From an uncultured Planctomycetales bacterium (lineage in GTDB: Bacteria; Planctomycetota; Phycisphaerae; UBA1845; CAIVHJ01): a stretch of 64,000 nt of DNA. Below the pieces are notes generated by a model. It was not told where the DNA came from and did no database searches. It worked only from the letters and a program-made list of their open reading frames with translations. This document shows, one piece after another, positions 36,776-49,337 of this stretch. How positions within the stretch are numbered: position 1 is the first letter of the stretch; each line of letters opens with the position of its first letter. The stretch lies in contig CAZUGO010000030.1 of assembly GCA_964619935.1 (NCBI GenBank), forward strand, positions 80,990 through 144,989. Reading direction: 5' to 3'. Both the position numbers and the translations under genes were made by a program.

Positions 36776-38430
36776 ACGGTGTCACGATCGATCCAGCGCC
36801 GCACGAGTTGGGCGGCGCCTTCCGGATCGTCGTTAATGAGGTCAGAAACCTGCTGGGCGATCTGCCGGGCGCGGATGCTGCTCTCGTCGGTTTCCTGGGC
36901 GATCAGGAACGCATCCGGCGCGCCGGCCTTGCCGATGGGTCCGGCGTCAACCGTCAACTCGCCCAGCGGCCCGGTCAACGGGCCGTCGGGTTCGCCACCC
37001 TGCGGCAGCGCCGCGGCGGCGCCGGCCTTGCGCACCATCATCATCATCATGCCCATGGCCAGGAGGGCCAATGCGGCCAATCCCAATTGCCGGCCGTTCG
37101 CAGTGATGAACCGCTGCATCGTCAGTGCCTCCTGGGCTTCGGAAACCGGCGGCGGCGCGATGTATGCGACCGCGTTGTCGGAAAATACCGTGACCACCAC
37201 AGTGGATTCCCGCTCAGCCACGGCGTCCAGGATGGGGGCAACCTGCCTTTGAATTTCCTGCTTCTGCTCCTCGATGAACCCGTCGAGCTGCTGTGGCGCC
37301 GGCTCTTCGTCGGGCGTTCCGCTGATCGCCTTGAGGGCCCCCACGAAGTAGCTCCGCGGCACCCCGATGGAGGCGGCGGCCTGCAGAATGGCACCGGGCC
37401 GCTTCTCGGTCACGGTGCGCTTCTGGCCGCGGGACTCCATGAACTCGGTTTCTTTCTTCTCCTTGGTGGAGGTCTGGCCTTGGCCGCCGGCGCGCAGATT
37501 GACGCTGGTATTGGCCGAGACCCCCGGCTCTTGGGCCGTGCTGATGTTGGAGGTCACGGTGTCGTCGATCAGCTCGCGCTTGATCGGCGGCTCTTCCATG
37601 GTGATGTCGGACTGGCTGATCGCCTGGTCGTCTATCTTGACCGTCACCTGGGCATTGACGCCGGGGATGTAGTTCAGCAAGTCCCTGATCTTCTCGAGCA
37701 GTTGGGCTTCCTTGTGCTGCTGCAATTCGTAGAGCTGCGACCCGAACTGATCATCGGGGTCCTCCACAGTGTACGAGCGCCCGGCGATCATGTCGGTGAC
37801 GCTGACGCTCTGGGGTTCCAGGCCGGGAACCGCTCCGGCCACCAGGCGGGCCATGCTCTCGACCACCGCCTTGTCCATGCGCTGGCCGCCGACCAGCTTG
37901 ACCGACACCGTGGCCTTGGGCTCGTTGGTCCGGTTCAAGCGCCGGCTGCGCGATTCGGAAGCCACCATCACGTGGGCTTCCGTGACCCGCGGCCAGGCCT
38001 CAATGGTCATGGCCAACTCATTCATCAGGGCGATGTTCTGCTGCCACTCGGTTTTCTGGGCGCTGGCAAAAATATCCTGTTCCTTGACGAGGTTTTCGAA
38101 GGTCACCTTCAACGTCTTCGGGCCGGTGCTGCGCTCGTTGAGCAGCATGATCAGCCGCCGCCAATCACCGGGCCGGACGTACAGCGTTCCCTTGCGGTCT
38201 TCGTAGTCTTCACCGAGCAGCTGCAGTTGGCGGATGGTGTCCGATAATTCTTCCTCGTTCATGATGTCGGCATACAGCGGCACCATCTCGCGGTGCTGGG
38301 CCCACTGTGACAACATCACGAAGGCCAGGGCGATGATCACCACACACAGGCCCAGGGCCACGCGTTGTGAGGTTTCCAGGCCGCTCAACTGCCGTTTGAG
38401 GCTCTCAAGCTGGGACTGAAGAATGGCCAT
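36772..38430 (-). CDS. fliF: Flagellar MS-ring protein FliF
   Basis: 552 aa. N-terminal TM VALGLCVVIIALAFVML, a second TM near the C-terminus (LGLAALALLAMGMMMMMV), and a periplasmic ring-domain-sized centre. Positioned between fliE and fliG. Confidence 0.9.
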   Translation of the reverse strand: MAILQSQLESLKRQLSGLETSQRVALGLCVVIIALAFVMLSQWAQHREMVPLYADIMNEEELSDTIRQLQLLGEDYEDRKGTLYVRPGDWRRLIMLLNERSTGPKTLKVTFENLVKEQDIFASAQKTEWQQNIALMNELAMTIEAWPRVTEAHVMVASESRSRRLNRTNEPKATVSVKLVGGQRMDKAVVESMARLVAGAVPGLEPQSVSVTDMIAGRSYTVEDPDDQFGSQLYELQQHKEAQLLEKIRDLLNYIPGVNAQVTVKIDDQAISQSDITMEEPPIKRELIDDTVTSNISTAQEPGVSANTSVNLRAGGQGQTSTKEKKETEFMESRGQKRTVTEKRPGAILQAAASIGVPRSYFVGALKAISGTPDEEPAPQQLDGFIEEQKQEIQRQVAPILDAVAERESTVVVTVFSDNAVAYIAPPPVSEAQEALTMQRFITANGRQLGLAALALLAMGMMMMMVRKAGAAAALPQGGEPDGPLTGPLGELTVDAGPIGKAGAPDAFLIAQETDESSIRARQIAQQVSDLINDDPEGAAQLVRRWIDRDTV

Positions 38431-38470
38431 GCACCGTCCTCATCAGGAATATAAGATTCAGGGGCGCCGC

Positions 38471-38788
38471 TCAGACGCGCATCTGCTGCAATTCGCGGTA
38501 GGCATCCACCAGTTTGTTGCGCATTTCCATCATCATGCTGAAAGCAATATCCGCCTTGCGCACGGCGCTGAGCACCTCGGCAACATTGTCGGCGTCGCCG
38601 GTGGCCAGTTTCTGGACGCCGGCGGTGGCTTCCTGCTGCAGGCGGTTGACCTCTTCCAGGCTGTCCAGCAGCGTGCTCTTGAAGTCGCGGCCGGCGGCGG
38701 TGCCCATCCGCTCCGCAGGGTCCGGCTGGCCCGGCCCGTGCGGTCGCACGATGGGGTTGAAGTTCAGGGGTCCGATCGGGTCGGGCAT
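38471..38788 (-). CDS. fliE: Flagellar hook-basal body protein FliE
   Basis: ORF 38471..38821 (TTG) trimmed to ATG 38788, which has GAGGGA 6 nt upstream. C-terminal VAEVLSAVRKADIAFSMMMEMRNKLVDAYRELQQMRV is typical of FliE. Confidence 0.8.
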   Translation of the reverse strand: MPDPIGPLNFNPIVRPHGPGQPDPAERMGTAAGRDFKSTLLDSLEEVNRLQQEATAGVQKLATGDADNVAEVLSAVRKADIAFSMMMEMRNKLVDAYRELQQMRV

Positions 38789-38813
38789 GTGCGGTCCCTC
38801 GCGAGGCCTCGGC

Positions 38814-39188
38814 CTAGGCAATCAGCCGAATGGCGGCTTCCGCCATGGCTTTCGTCGCATTCATCATGGTGACGTTGGCGTCGTAGGCCCGCGCCGCCTC
38901 GATGGCGTTGACCATTTCGTTCATGACGCTGACGTTGGACATTTGGACATAGCCGCGCTGGGGGCCTTTCGCCAGGGCCTGCGGGTGCCCCGGGTCATAA
39001 CGCATCTGCCCGGGTCGCGGATCGACCAGGATGGCCTGTACCTCGACGCCCGCGGCGGCTTCGGTGAACACCGCTACGCGGCGGTGGTAACCGGGCACGT
39101 CGGCATTCGCCACGTTGCCGGCGATGGTGTCCATGCGGATGCGCTGGGCCACCAACCCTGATGTGCTGGTCTCAAGCATTCCAAACAT
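38814..39188 (-). CDS. flgC: Flagellar basal-body rod protein FlgC
   Basis: MFGMLETSTSGLVAQRIRMDTIAGNVANADVPGY; C-terminal VNEMVNAIEAARAYDANV. Confidence 0.9.
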   Translation of the reverse strand: MFGMLETSTSGLVAQRIRMDTIAGNVANADVPGYHRRVAVFTEAAAGVEVQAILVDPRPGQMRYDPGHPQALAKGPQRGYVQMSNVSVMNEMVNAIEAARAYDANVTMMNATKAMAEAAIRLIA

Positions 39189-39203
39189 GCCATTGGCTCC
39201 CTA

Positions 39204-39638
39204 TCAGACCTCTCCTCGAATCGCGGCCTTGAGGGCATCAAAGCTGTTTCCCAACATCTGGCTGTACAGGTTGTAGGTCACGACATTCTCGGCCACCGCC
39301 GCCATGAGCACTTCGACCCGCCCGTTGGTCTGGTCATGAAACAGCAGGTTCTGCGCGGGCAGGTCGACTGGGGTGACTTGCAGGTGCCCAGCATCGTCGA
39401 TGCGGAATTCCTCCGTGTTCGGCAACTCCAGAGCCGCCTGCCGATTACGGCCCCGGGTGTCCACAGCCCGGCGCAGGGCATCCTGAAACACCTCGGGATC
39501 CAACTGGCGGGTCTTGAACCCCGGCACATCCAGGTTGGCGATGTTGTGGGCCAGCAGCTTCTGCCGGGACTCGAGGAACGCCAGCGACTGGGTCAGCACC
39601 GGGATATTGCCGCGATCCGCCAGATCCGCCAAGAGCAT
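39204..39638 (-). CDS. flgB: Flagellar basal-body rod protein FlgB
   Basis: ORF 39204..39812 trimmed to ATG 39638 (MLLADLADRG...). Rod motif LLAHNIANLDVPGFKTR. Confidence 0.85.
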   Translation of the reverse strand: MLLADLADRGNIPVLTQSLAFLESRQKLLAHNIANLDVPGFKTRQLDPEVFQDALRRAVDTRGRNRQAALELPNTEEFRIDDAGHLQVTPVDLPAQNLLFHDQTNGRVEVLMAAVAENVVTYNLYSQMLGNSFDALKAAIRGEV

Positions 39639-39681
39639 CGTGGTTCCGTCCTCATCACACCCGGGTGCACCGGCCAGCGCC

Positions 39682-39698
39682 ATGCACGACCCGTTCCA
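39682..39698 (-). promoter_or_regulatory. Sigma-54 -24/-12 promoter-like motif upstream of flgB
   Basis: The minus strand reads TGGAAC-GGGTC-GTGCAT, with GG and GC at the canonical spacing. It sits 44-60 nt upstream of the flgB ATG, in the 143-bp gap just downstream of the sigma-54 activator gene. Confidence 0.4.
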
Positions 39699-39781
39699 GC
39701 GTCGGGCAGGTTGACCGACCGCCCTGATACCGCCGCAGCGCCGCCGCCCCGGCGGCAGATTCTGCGCCGGTACCGGCAATC

Positions 39782-41120
<1,339 letters not shown>

Positions 41121-41146
<26 letters not shown>

Positions 41147-42011
41147 GAATCGGCTCCTTGTGATGCGCTCGGCCTTTGGCCTCGGGGCCCGGCAAGTGCA
41201 GGGTGAAGCAGGCCCCGCCGTTGCCTAGGTTGCGAACTGTGACCCGCCCGCCGTGGCTCTCGCAGATGCGATGCACAATGGCCAGGCCCAGCCCGGTGCC
41301 GGTGTCCTTGGTTGTGAAGAACGGATTAAAAATTCGCTGCATGACCGACGGATCGATGCCCGAACCATTGTCGCGGATGTGCACGGCAATCATGCCGTCG
41401 GCCGCTCGATCGGCAGCCGCCTCGATGCGGCCGCCGGAGCCGACGGCATCAACGCCGTTGAGCACAACGTTCAGCAGGGCCCGCTCGACCATCGCGGGAT
41501 CGACCCGCAACTCATGGGTCAAGATGGAGGTGTCCACCGCCAGATCCACCTGCTTCCGGTCGGCTGGGGCCGTCGCCAGGTCAAAGACGTTGGCAATCAA
41601 CACCTGCAGCGGGACCGCGCGAATGTCAGGCGCATGGCTGCCACCGAAATCGAGAATGCCGCCGACGATCTTCTCCAGGGCATCGACGCCCGACGCGATC
41701 TTGCGAACCAGGCGCTGGGCGTCGGGCAGTGCGCTGAGATCGCGGTCCAACAGCGACGCGTACAACTGGATGCTGCCCAGTGGATTGCGAATCTCGTGGG
41801 CCACACCGGTAGCCATCTCACCCAGCGCCGCCAGCCGCTCGCGGCGGGCCAACTCCAAGTTCTTGTCCTGCAGCTCCACGCGGAGCTTGACCACCTCATG
41901 ATTGAGCGATTCGTGCGAACGTTTGAGTTGCTCGGTAACCTCGTTGTAGGCCGTGATGATCGCGGCTAGTTCCCGTTCCCGCTGGCTGAGACTGATTGTT
42001 GAGGGCGTCAT
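41121..42011 (-). CDS. Cytoplasmic histidine kinase with no TM or sensor domain (FlgS-like by context)
   Basis: N-terminal coiled coil, H-box GVAHEIRNPLGSI, N/G boxes RDNGSGI and GTGLGLAIV. No hydrophobic segment. Overlaps the response-regulator start by 26 nt. Confidence 0.85.
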
Positions 42012-42469
42012 ATCGATTCATCCATACCCATGGCAGCGCCGGGCATCGGGCCCCGGCCGCCCGAATAGGCGGTGCAGGCCTGCCGGCCGACCTGGTTGGC
42101 CTGCAACTCCTCCTTGGTTCTGACCTTGCGGGCCGCCAGAATGCGGCTGTCTTCTGCGTCGGTACGCAGGACGCCTTGGAATGTCTCGGCCACCTGGTCA
42201 AACAGCTGCTCCGCCTCGGGTCGGATGTCCGCCGGGAATATCTGCGGCCGCTCGCGCCAGTACTCCTGCACCGGGGCCAGGCGGCGGGCGGCGGCGCCCA
42301 TCTCGTTCATCAACTCCTGGCGCTCGGCCAACAAGGCCAGCAGCGGGGCGGCGTCCTGGCGGGTGACCAGCGTTCGCTGGCGCCGTGACAAGTCCTGAAG
42401 CCGGCGAGCCAACGCCAGTTGGCTTCGCAGCAACTCGAGAAGATGATTCGGATCAGTCATGTGGCTCAT
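42008..42469 (-). CDS. FlgN-like helical protein (possible flagellar chaperone)
   Basis: ORF 42008..42562 trimmed to ATG 42469 (MSHMTDPNHLLELL). Helical L/R/Q-rich pattern LLELLRSQLALARRLQDLSRRQRTLV...LLALLAERQELMNEM. ATGA overlap with the kinase gene. The family call is tentative. Confidence 0.45.
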   Translation of the reverse strand: MSHMTDPNHLLELLRSQLALARRLQDLSRRQRTLVTRQDAAPLLALLAERQELMNEMGAAARRLAPVQEYWRERPQIFPADIRPEAEQLFDQVAETFQGVLRTDAEDSRILAARKVRTKEELQANQVGRQACTAYSGGRGPMPGAAMGMDESI

Positions 42470-44876
42470 GGTCTGCCTCGGACCGAGGGTAGTCCCCGGT
42501 GCGCTCCATCCACGAAAACAAGTGACGCCACTCCTCAGGTGTCTTGCGAACCCGCAGGTCATCGAACGCTTGGGGGTCGATCTTCCCGGTCAGCCACTGG
42601 GCACGCTCCAGCGCCGGCTTGATTTCGTCGACCCGACCCAAGGCCTCGTAGCAGTTGATCATCTGTACATAGGCCCACAGGGCCATGGGATCGTCCGGGT
42701 AGGCCCGTACCACCGTCTGGTACAGCACCAGCGCCCGGCCGTGTTCGCCCAGGTCAAAGGCGCTGTCAGCGCGGTAGGCGTAGCTGAGCTGCAGTTGGAG
42801 TTGCTCCATCGGTGTGCGCTGCGGCTTGCCGCTCAGTTCGAGGATGACCTGATCGAACAGTTGCTCGGCCTGGCGCAAGCGCTCATGCTTACGCGACTGC
42901 AACTCATCGCGCTGCAGGGCGTTGCCGGTCTCGGCGGCAATGCGCTCCAGTTCCAGGCCGCTTTGCAGATAGGCATCGGCCAGCAGGAAGGTCGCCCGCA
43001 CGTGGCGGGAATCATCCGGATAGCGCTGCAGCGCCTCATCGAACCACTCAATGGCTGCTTCAGGGCGAGCGCTGCGCGAATACAGGTCACCCAGCTTGAA
43101 TAGCGCATCGCGATAGATCATGGCCTCAGGCGTGAACATCGCCGGCTGCCCAGGGGCCTCCTGGACGATGGCTAGGAGGGTCTGCTCGGCATGCTCGGTA
43201 TACCCGTCGCCCAGCAGCACGAAGCAATCGGCGAGCGGAATGTGCGACCACTGGGCCGGAGCGGTCTGGCGATGATCGCGGATGCACCTCTGGTACTGCT
43301 CGATGGCTTCGTGGAGCCGGCCATCGGCCTGGTAGGCTTGGCCGAGACGATACAGGGCCAACGGAATCTGCGGGCTGTGCGGCCGATTGGCAAGGAATTG
43401 CTCGAGCAGGGCAACGGACCGATCACGGTGGCCCGCCAGATCGAACATGCTGGCGGCCTGCCACATGGCCTCGCCGATCTGCGATTCCTCGACGCTGTCC
43501 AGCTCCGCCAGCGCCAGGTAATCCTCTGCCGCTGACAGGAACAGGGCCCTGCTGTCCTCGGCGAGTTTCCGGGCAGCGTCGCCTTCGGCGGATTCGGATT
43601 CCAGCCGAAGGCGACCCTGCTTATGCTCGCCCAGAAACTGCTTCATCAGGGCCAGGTCGCGCAGATACAGCTCGCGGGTGGAGGCATCGTGCCGCGGCAC
43701 CAGGTCGCTGGCCAGCTGCAGGTATCGCAAACTGTCGTCATAGCGCTCGCGCTTGCGCAGCAAGCGGCTGCGCACCACCAGCGAATTGCGAACCTGTTCG
43801 CGACTGATCACCACGTTGTCGCCGGTGTCCCGCAGGTCCTGCAGCACGGCCTGATAGTACCCAAGGGCCTCGTCAAAGCGTTCCAGTGCGGTCAGGGCCT
43901 CGGCCATCCCCAGCCGGGACGCCGTCACATAGCGCCCTTCGGCGTGGGCATCGAGCACGTCCTTGAAGAAGCTGATGGCCTCGAGCGGTCGCTGCGGGCC
44001 GTCATCCATCATCACCACCTTGCCCAACAGCCATCCGGAGCGGGCATGAATGGCGTCACGGGTCTTGAGTTGGTTTCGCAACTCGCGGAGCAGCAGTTCG
44101 GCAGCATCGTATCGCCCGGAGCGGTAGTCCAGGAGCGCTTCAAGGTAGTTCAGGAAGTGCTCGCCGTCCGTGCCCCTGAGGGCCGCGCGGTAGGTCTCAG
44201 CCAGCGCGAATCCCTCCGACAGGCGGTCGGCTTCGAGCAGCAGATTGATCTTATGCTCCAGGGCCCAGCGCAGGACGTCCGGCCGGTCGATCGCGGCCGT
44301 CAACAGTTCGTCCAAGGCGGCGTGCCGCCCTTGCCGTGACGTCGGCAGGGCTTCCAGTAGCAGCGCCGTGCTTCTGCGCCGGACCTCCAGTGGATCCGAG
44401 GGACTGCGCTGCAGGGCTAATGTGTACTGTTCGAGGGCGGCCGCCGGCTGGCCCAACCACTCGAATAGCTGGCCGCTGCGCTGCAGAACATCGCCGGTGG
44501 GTGTGTGACCGAGCGACTCCGCCTGGGCGTACAGGGCGGCAACGCTGATGAGTTCCCGCTGTCTGCGGTCGGGGCGATTGGCAATGGCTTGATAGCGGGT
44601 GTCGGCCAAGGCGGCGTAAACCGCCGCCAGCTCGGCGGGCTGATAACGGGGGTCTCGCAGGATCGCCCGGGCCAGGGTCTCGGCCTCTTCCAAGAGCAGA
44701 CCCCCGCGGAGCGATTCGATTTCGGCGACGCATTCCGCGACGGTCGGCCGCTCCGGAAGCGGGCGGATCCACCACGCCGTGCCGGCAAGGGCTCCCAGAG
44801 CCACGACGGCCAGCGGCAATTGCCACTTTCCCGAGATGCGGTCCGGAACTGTGCGCCATTGTCGGTCTGAGCTCAT
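42453..44876 (-). CDS. Membrane-anchored TPR-repeat protein
   Basis: ORF 42453..45191 trimmed to ATG 44876 (MSSDRQW...), followed by TM LPLAVVALGALAGTAWW. Many TPR-like units, for example ALYRLGQAYQADGRLHEAIEQYQRCI and ALFKLGDLYSRSARPEAAIEWFDEALQRYP. Confidence 0.75.
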   Translation of the reverse strand: MSSDRQWRTVPDRISGKWQLPLAVVALGALAGTAWWIRPLPERPTVAECVAEIESLRGGLLLEEAETLARAILRDPRYQPAELAAVYAALADTRYQAIANRPDRRQRELISVAALYAQAESLGHTPTGDVLQRSGQLFEWLGQPAAALEQYTLALQRSPSDPLEVRRRSTALLLEALPTSRQGRHAALDELLTAAIDRPDVLRWALEHKINLLLEADRLSEGFALAETYRAALRGTDGEHFLNYLEALLDYRSGRYDAAELLLRELRNQLKTRDAIHARSGWLLGKVVMMDDGPQRPLEAISFFKDVLDAHAEGRYVTASRLGMAEALTALERFDEALGYYQAVLQDLRDTGDNVVISREQVRNSLVVRSRLLRKRERYDDSLRYLQLASDLVPRHDASTRELYLRDLALMKQFLGEHKQGRLRLESESAEGDAARKLAEDSRALFLSAAEDYLALAELDSVEESQIGEAMWQAASMFDLAGHRDRSVALLEQFLANRPHSPQIPLALYRLGQAYQADGRLHEAIEQYQRCIRDHRQTAPAQWSHIPLADCFVLLGDGYTEHAEQTLLAIVQEAPGQPAMFTPEAMIYRDALFKLGDLYSRSARPEAAIEWFDEALQRYPDDSRHVRATFLLADAYLQSGLELERIAAETGNALQRDELQSRKHERLRQAEQLFDQVILELSGKPQRTPMEQLQLQLSYAYRADSAFDLGEHGRALVLYQTVVRAYPDDPMALWAYVQMINCYEALGRVDEIKPALERAQWLTGKIDPQAFDDLRVRKTPEEWRHLFSWMERTGDYPRSEADHEPHD

Positions 44877-45257
44877 CCTGAGCAATCCTGTCGCACCGGC
44901 GATCCTCCTGATCGTGACCCCCCCAATTGGCCTTGATAATGTCGGCAAAGCGTTCCGGCGATCTTGATCGCAAACTGTTGTTCGCAACGGCATTGTCGAC
45001 AGCGGCAGCGCGTTGCGCCGGTCGGCCGTCGGCGACGTCGGTACCAGTATTGATAGGGGCCGGAGCCGCCGCGCATTGTCTGACCGCGCCCGATGGAATA
45101 AGATTCTCCCAAGGTTCGGCGAATGCCCGCGGGTGGCCGCGGGCAACCGTTCGGTCCGACCGTGGCGGCCTGGATCCACCCCCACCGGCACCCTCGACCC
45201 CGGCAGGGACGCTCCGCACCACAGCCCGCGCCATCCCGGTCAGGAAGGAGTCTGGCA

Positions 45258-47966
45258 GTGACCACCCCCACCGATCCATTTGAAACCCGCACGGTTCTCA
45301 AGACCTCATCGGGTAAATACCAGATGCACAGCCTGCCGCGGTTTCATCTGCCGGGGGGTGCTCCTCTCGAGCGACTGCCGGTCACCATCCGGGTGCTGCT
45401 GGAAGGCGCCCTGCGGCACTTCGATAATTATAAGGTAACAGAGCATCACATCCGCGCGCTGGGTACCTGGGGCAGCGGCAACGCCGACAGCGAGATTCCC
45501 TTCCTGCCCGCCCGGGTCCTGCTGCAGGATTTCACCGGCGTGCCCGCGGTGGTCGACCTGGCCGCGATGCGCTCGGCAATAGCGCGGATGGGTGGCGATC
45601 CCCAGCGCATCAACCCCTGCGTCCCCGTGGACCTGGTCATCGATCATTCCGTCCAGGTTGACTACTTCGGATCATCCGGCGCCCTCAAGCTCAACGTCGA
45701 TCTGGAATTTGCACGAAACCGCGAGCGCTACGAGTTTCTCCATTGGGGCCAGCAGGCTTTCCGTGATTTTCGGGTGATTCCCCCGGACACCGGCATCGTC
45801 CACCAAGTCAACCTCGAATACCTAGCCAAGGTGGCCATGGCCCGCGAAACCAACGGGGCTCTGGAGGTGTTCCCCGATACGTTGGTGGGGACCGACAGCC
45901 ACACCACGATGATCAACGGTTTGGGCGTCGTGGGCTGGGGGGTGGGCGGGATCGAGGCTGAGGCCGTCATCCTGGGGCAGCCCATCTACATGCTCATGCC
46001 CGATGTCGTCGGGTTTCGGCTCCGTGGACGACTCGCTGCCGGGGCCACTGCGACCGACCTGGTGTTGCGGGTCACCGAAATCCTGCGCCAGGAGGGCGTG
46101 GTCGGGAAGTTCGTGGAGTTTTGCGGCGACGGACTGTCCGCGATGAGCCTGCCAGATCGGGCCACGATCGCCAATATGGCCCCGGAGTACGGCGCCACCA
46201 TGGGCTTCTTCCCGGTTGACGACGAAACGCTGCGCTACCTAGCCCGCACCGGCCGAACGCCGCAGGAAGTCGATCTGGTGGAACGCTATTATAAGGAACA
46301 GTTGCTGTTCCACAGCCCTTCGGCACCCGAGCCGGCGTACACCCGGACCCTGGAACTCGATCTGGCCACGGTGGAACCCAGCCTGGCCGGCCCCAAGCGG
46401 CCGCAGGATCGCATTCCACTGTCGTACATGAAGCAGTCATTCGTGAAGGCCTTGCGGGCCCCGATCCCGGAACGCGGCTTCGCCCTCACAGCATCCGAAG
46501 CCGCCCACACCGCGACCGTCACCCAGAACGGGCATTCTTTCGAGATCGGACACGGCTCGGTAGTTATCGCGGCGATCACCAGTTGCACGAACACTTCCAA
46601 CCCGTCGGTGATGGTGGGCGCCGGGCTGCTGGCCCGCAAGGCGGTGGCCCGCGGATTGCGGGCCCAGCCGCAGGTCAAGACAAGCATGGCACCAGGTTCG
46701 AGGGTGGTCACCGACTATCTGAACGCGGCCGGGTTGACCCCCGATCTCGAGGCCCTGGGTTTCCATACGGTGGGCTACGGGTGCACCACCTGTATCGGCA
46801 ACAGCGGACCGCTGCCCGAGCCGGTGGCCCGAGCCATCGAGGAGCAAGATCTGGTGGTTTGCGCCGTGCTCAGCGGCAACCGCAATTTTGAAGGCCGCAT
46901 TAACCCCCACGTGCGGGCCAACTACCTGGCTTCGCCGCCGCTGGTCGTCGCATATGCCATCGCCGGGCGAACCGACATCGACCTGACCACTGAGCCGTTG
47001 GGCACCGGATCGGACGGCGCCCCAGTGTATCTTAAGGACATCTGGCCGACCCACCAGGAGATTTCTGACTGCGTCGAGCAGTCGGTGGCTCCCGAGATGT
47101 TCCGCAGGCAGTACGGCCAGGCGGTCACCGGAAACGCCCAATGGAACGCCATCCACAGCACCGCCGAAGCCGCCTACGATTGGAATCCCAAAAGCACGTA
47201 TATTCAAGAACCGCCCTTCTTCAGGGACCTGCCATGGGAGCCTCAGGCCGTTGAGTCGATTTGCGGCGCCCGGGTGCTGGTCATGGTCGGCGACTCGGTC
47301 ACCACGGACCACATCTCGCCGGCCGGGTCCATTCCGGCCGACGGGCCCGCCGGCCGTTACCTCATGGACCAAGGCGTGCCCCCTTCCGCTTTCAATAGTT
47401 TTGGTTCGCGGCGCGGCAACGACCGGGTCATGACGCGCGGCACCTTCGCCAATATCCGCCTGAAAAACCTGCTGGCCCCCGGGACCGAAGGCGGCGTCAC
47501 CGTGCACCTGCCCAGCGGCACACGGTTGTCCATCTTCGAGGCCGCCGAGAGGTACCGTTCCGAGGGCACGCCGCTGCTGGCCCTCGCCGGCACGGACTAC
47601 GGCATGGGTTCCTCGCGCGATTGGGCGGCCAAGGGCACGCTGCTGCTGGGCATCCGCGCGGTCTTGGCCGCCAGCTACGAGCGCATCCACCGCAGCAACC
47701 TGATCGGCATGGGCGTGTTGCCACTGCAGTTTATGCCTGGAGAGGATCACGGCACGCTGAAACTCAGCGGCCACGAAGTCTTCGACATCGCCCTGAGCGA
47801 CCATCTGGAGCCCCGACAGAACATTGCGGTCACGGTACGCGAAGCGGCCGGTCGCACCCGCACCATCCACGCCCGCTTGCGGATCGACACCCCCGTGGAA
47901 CTGGACACCTATCGACACGGCGGCGTCCTGCCGATGGTGCTCCGCGACATGTTGAAGGACTCCTGA
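45258..47966 (+). CDS. acnA: Aconitate hydratase A
   Basis: ORF 45123..47966 trimmed to GTG 45258, which has GGAAGGAG 7 nt upstream. Fe-S ligand motifs [22 protein letters not shown] and [11 protein letters not shown]. Length is 902 aa. Confidence 0.9.
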   Translation: MTTPTDPFETRTVLKTSSGKYQMHSLPRFHLPGGAPLERLPVTIRVLLEGALRHFDNYKVTEHHIRALGTWGSGNADSEIPFLPARVLLQDFTGVPAVVDLAAMRSAIARMGGDPQRINPCVPVDLVIDHSVQVDYFGSSGALKLNVDLEFARNRERYEFLHWGQQAFRDFRVIPPDTGIVHQVNLEYLAKVAMARETNGALEVFPDTLVGTDSHTTMINGLGVVGWGVGGIEAEAVILGQPIYMLMPDVVGFRLRGRLAAGATATDLVLRVTEILRQEGVVGKFVEFCGDGLSAMSLPDRATIANMAPEYGATMGFFPVDDETLRYLARTGRTPQEVDLVERYYKEQLLFHSPSAPEPAYTRTLELDLATVEPSLAGPKRPQDRIPLSYMKQSFVKALRAPIPERGFALTASEAAHTATVTQNGHSFEIGHGSVVIAAITSCTNTSNPSVMVGAGLLARKAVARGLRAQPQVKTSMAPGSRVVTDYLNAAGLTPDLEALGFHTVGYGCTTCIGNSGPLPEPVARAIEEQDLVVCAVLSGNRNFEGRINPHVRANYLASPPLVVAYAIAGRTDIDLTTEPLGTGSDGAPVYLKDIWPTHQEISDCVEQSVAPEMFRRQYGQAVTGNAQWNAIHSTAEAAYDWNPKSTYIQEPPFFRDLPWEPQAVESICGARVLVMVGDSVTTDHISPAGSIPADGPAGRYLMDQGVPPSAFNSFGSRRGNDRVMTRGTFANIRLKNLLAPGTEGGVTVHLPSGTRLSIFEAAERYRSEGTPLLALAGTDYGMGSSRDWAAKGTLLLGIRAVLAASYERIHRSNLIGMGVLPLQFMPGEDHGTLKLSGHEVFDIALSDHLEPRQNIAVTVREAAGRTRTIHARLRIDTPVELDTYRHGGVLPMVLRDMLKDS

Positions 47967-49337
<1,371 letters not shown>

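Noticed and set aside
44943-45023. An imperfect 21-nt direct repeat (16 of 21 identical) at 44943 and 45003, and a near-palindrome GCAAAC-TGTT-GTTCGC, in the acnA/TPR divergent region.
   Set aside because: The matches are weak for GC-rich DNA, and I cannot distinguish them from chance without comparative data.
44877-45191. N-terminal extensions of many track ORFs: 68-181, 3330-3563, 7157-7405, 44877-45191, 50334-50630, 58142-58492, 59633-59797, 60612-61220 and 61112-61564.
   Set aside because: The extensions are Arg/Pro-rich, often begin at non-ATG codons, and overlap neighbouring genes or promoters. Trimming to the internal ATG or GTG puts conserved N-terminal motifs, signal peptides or SD sequences in the expected place.
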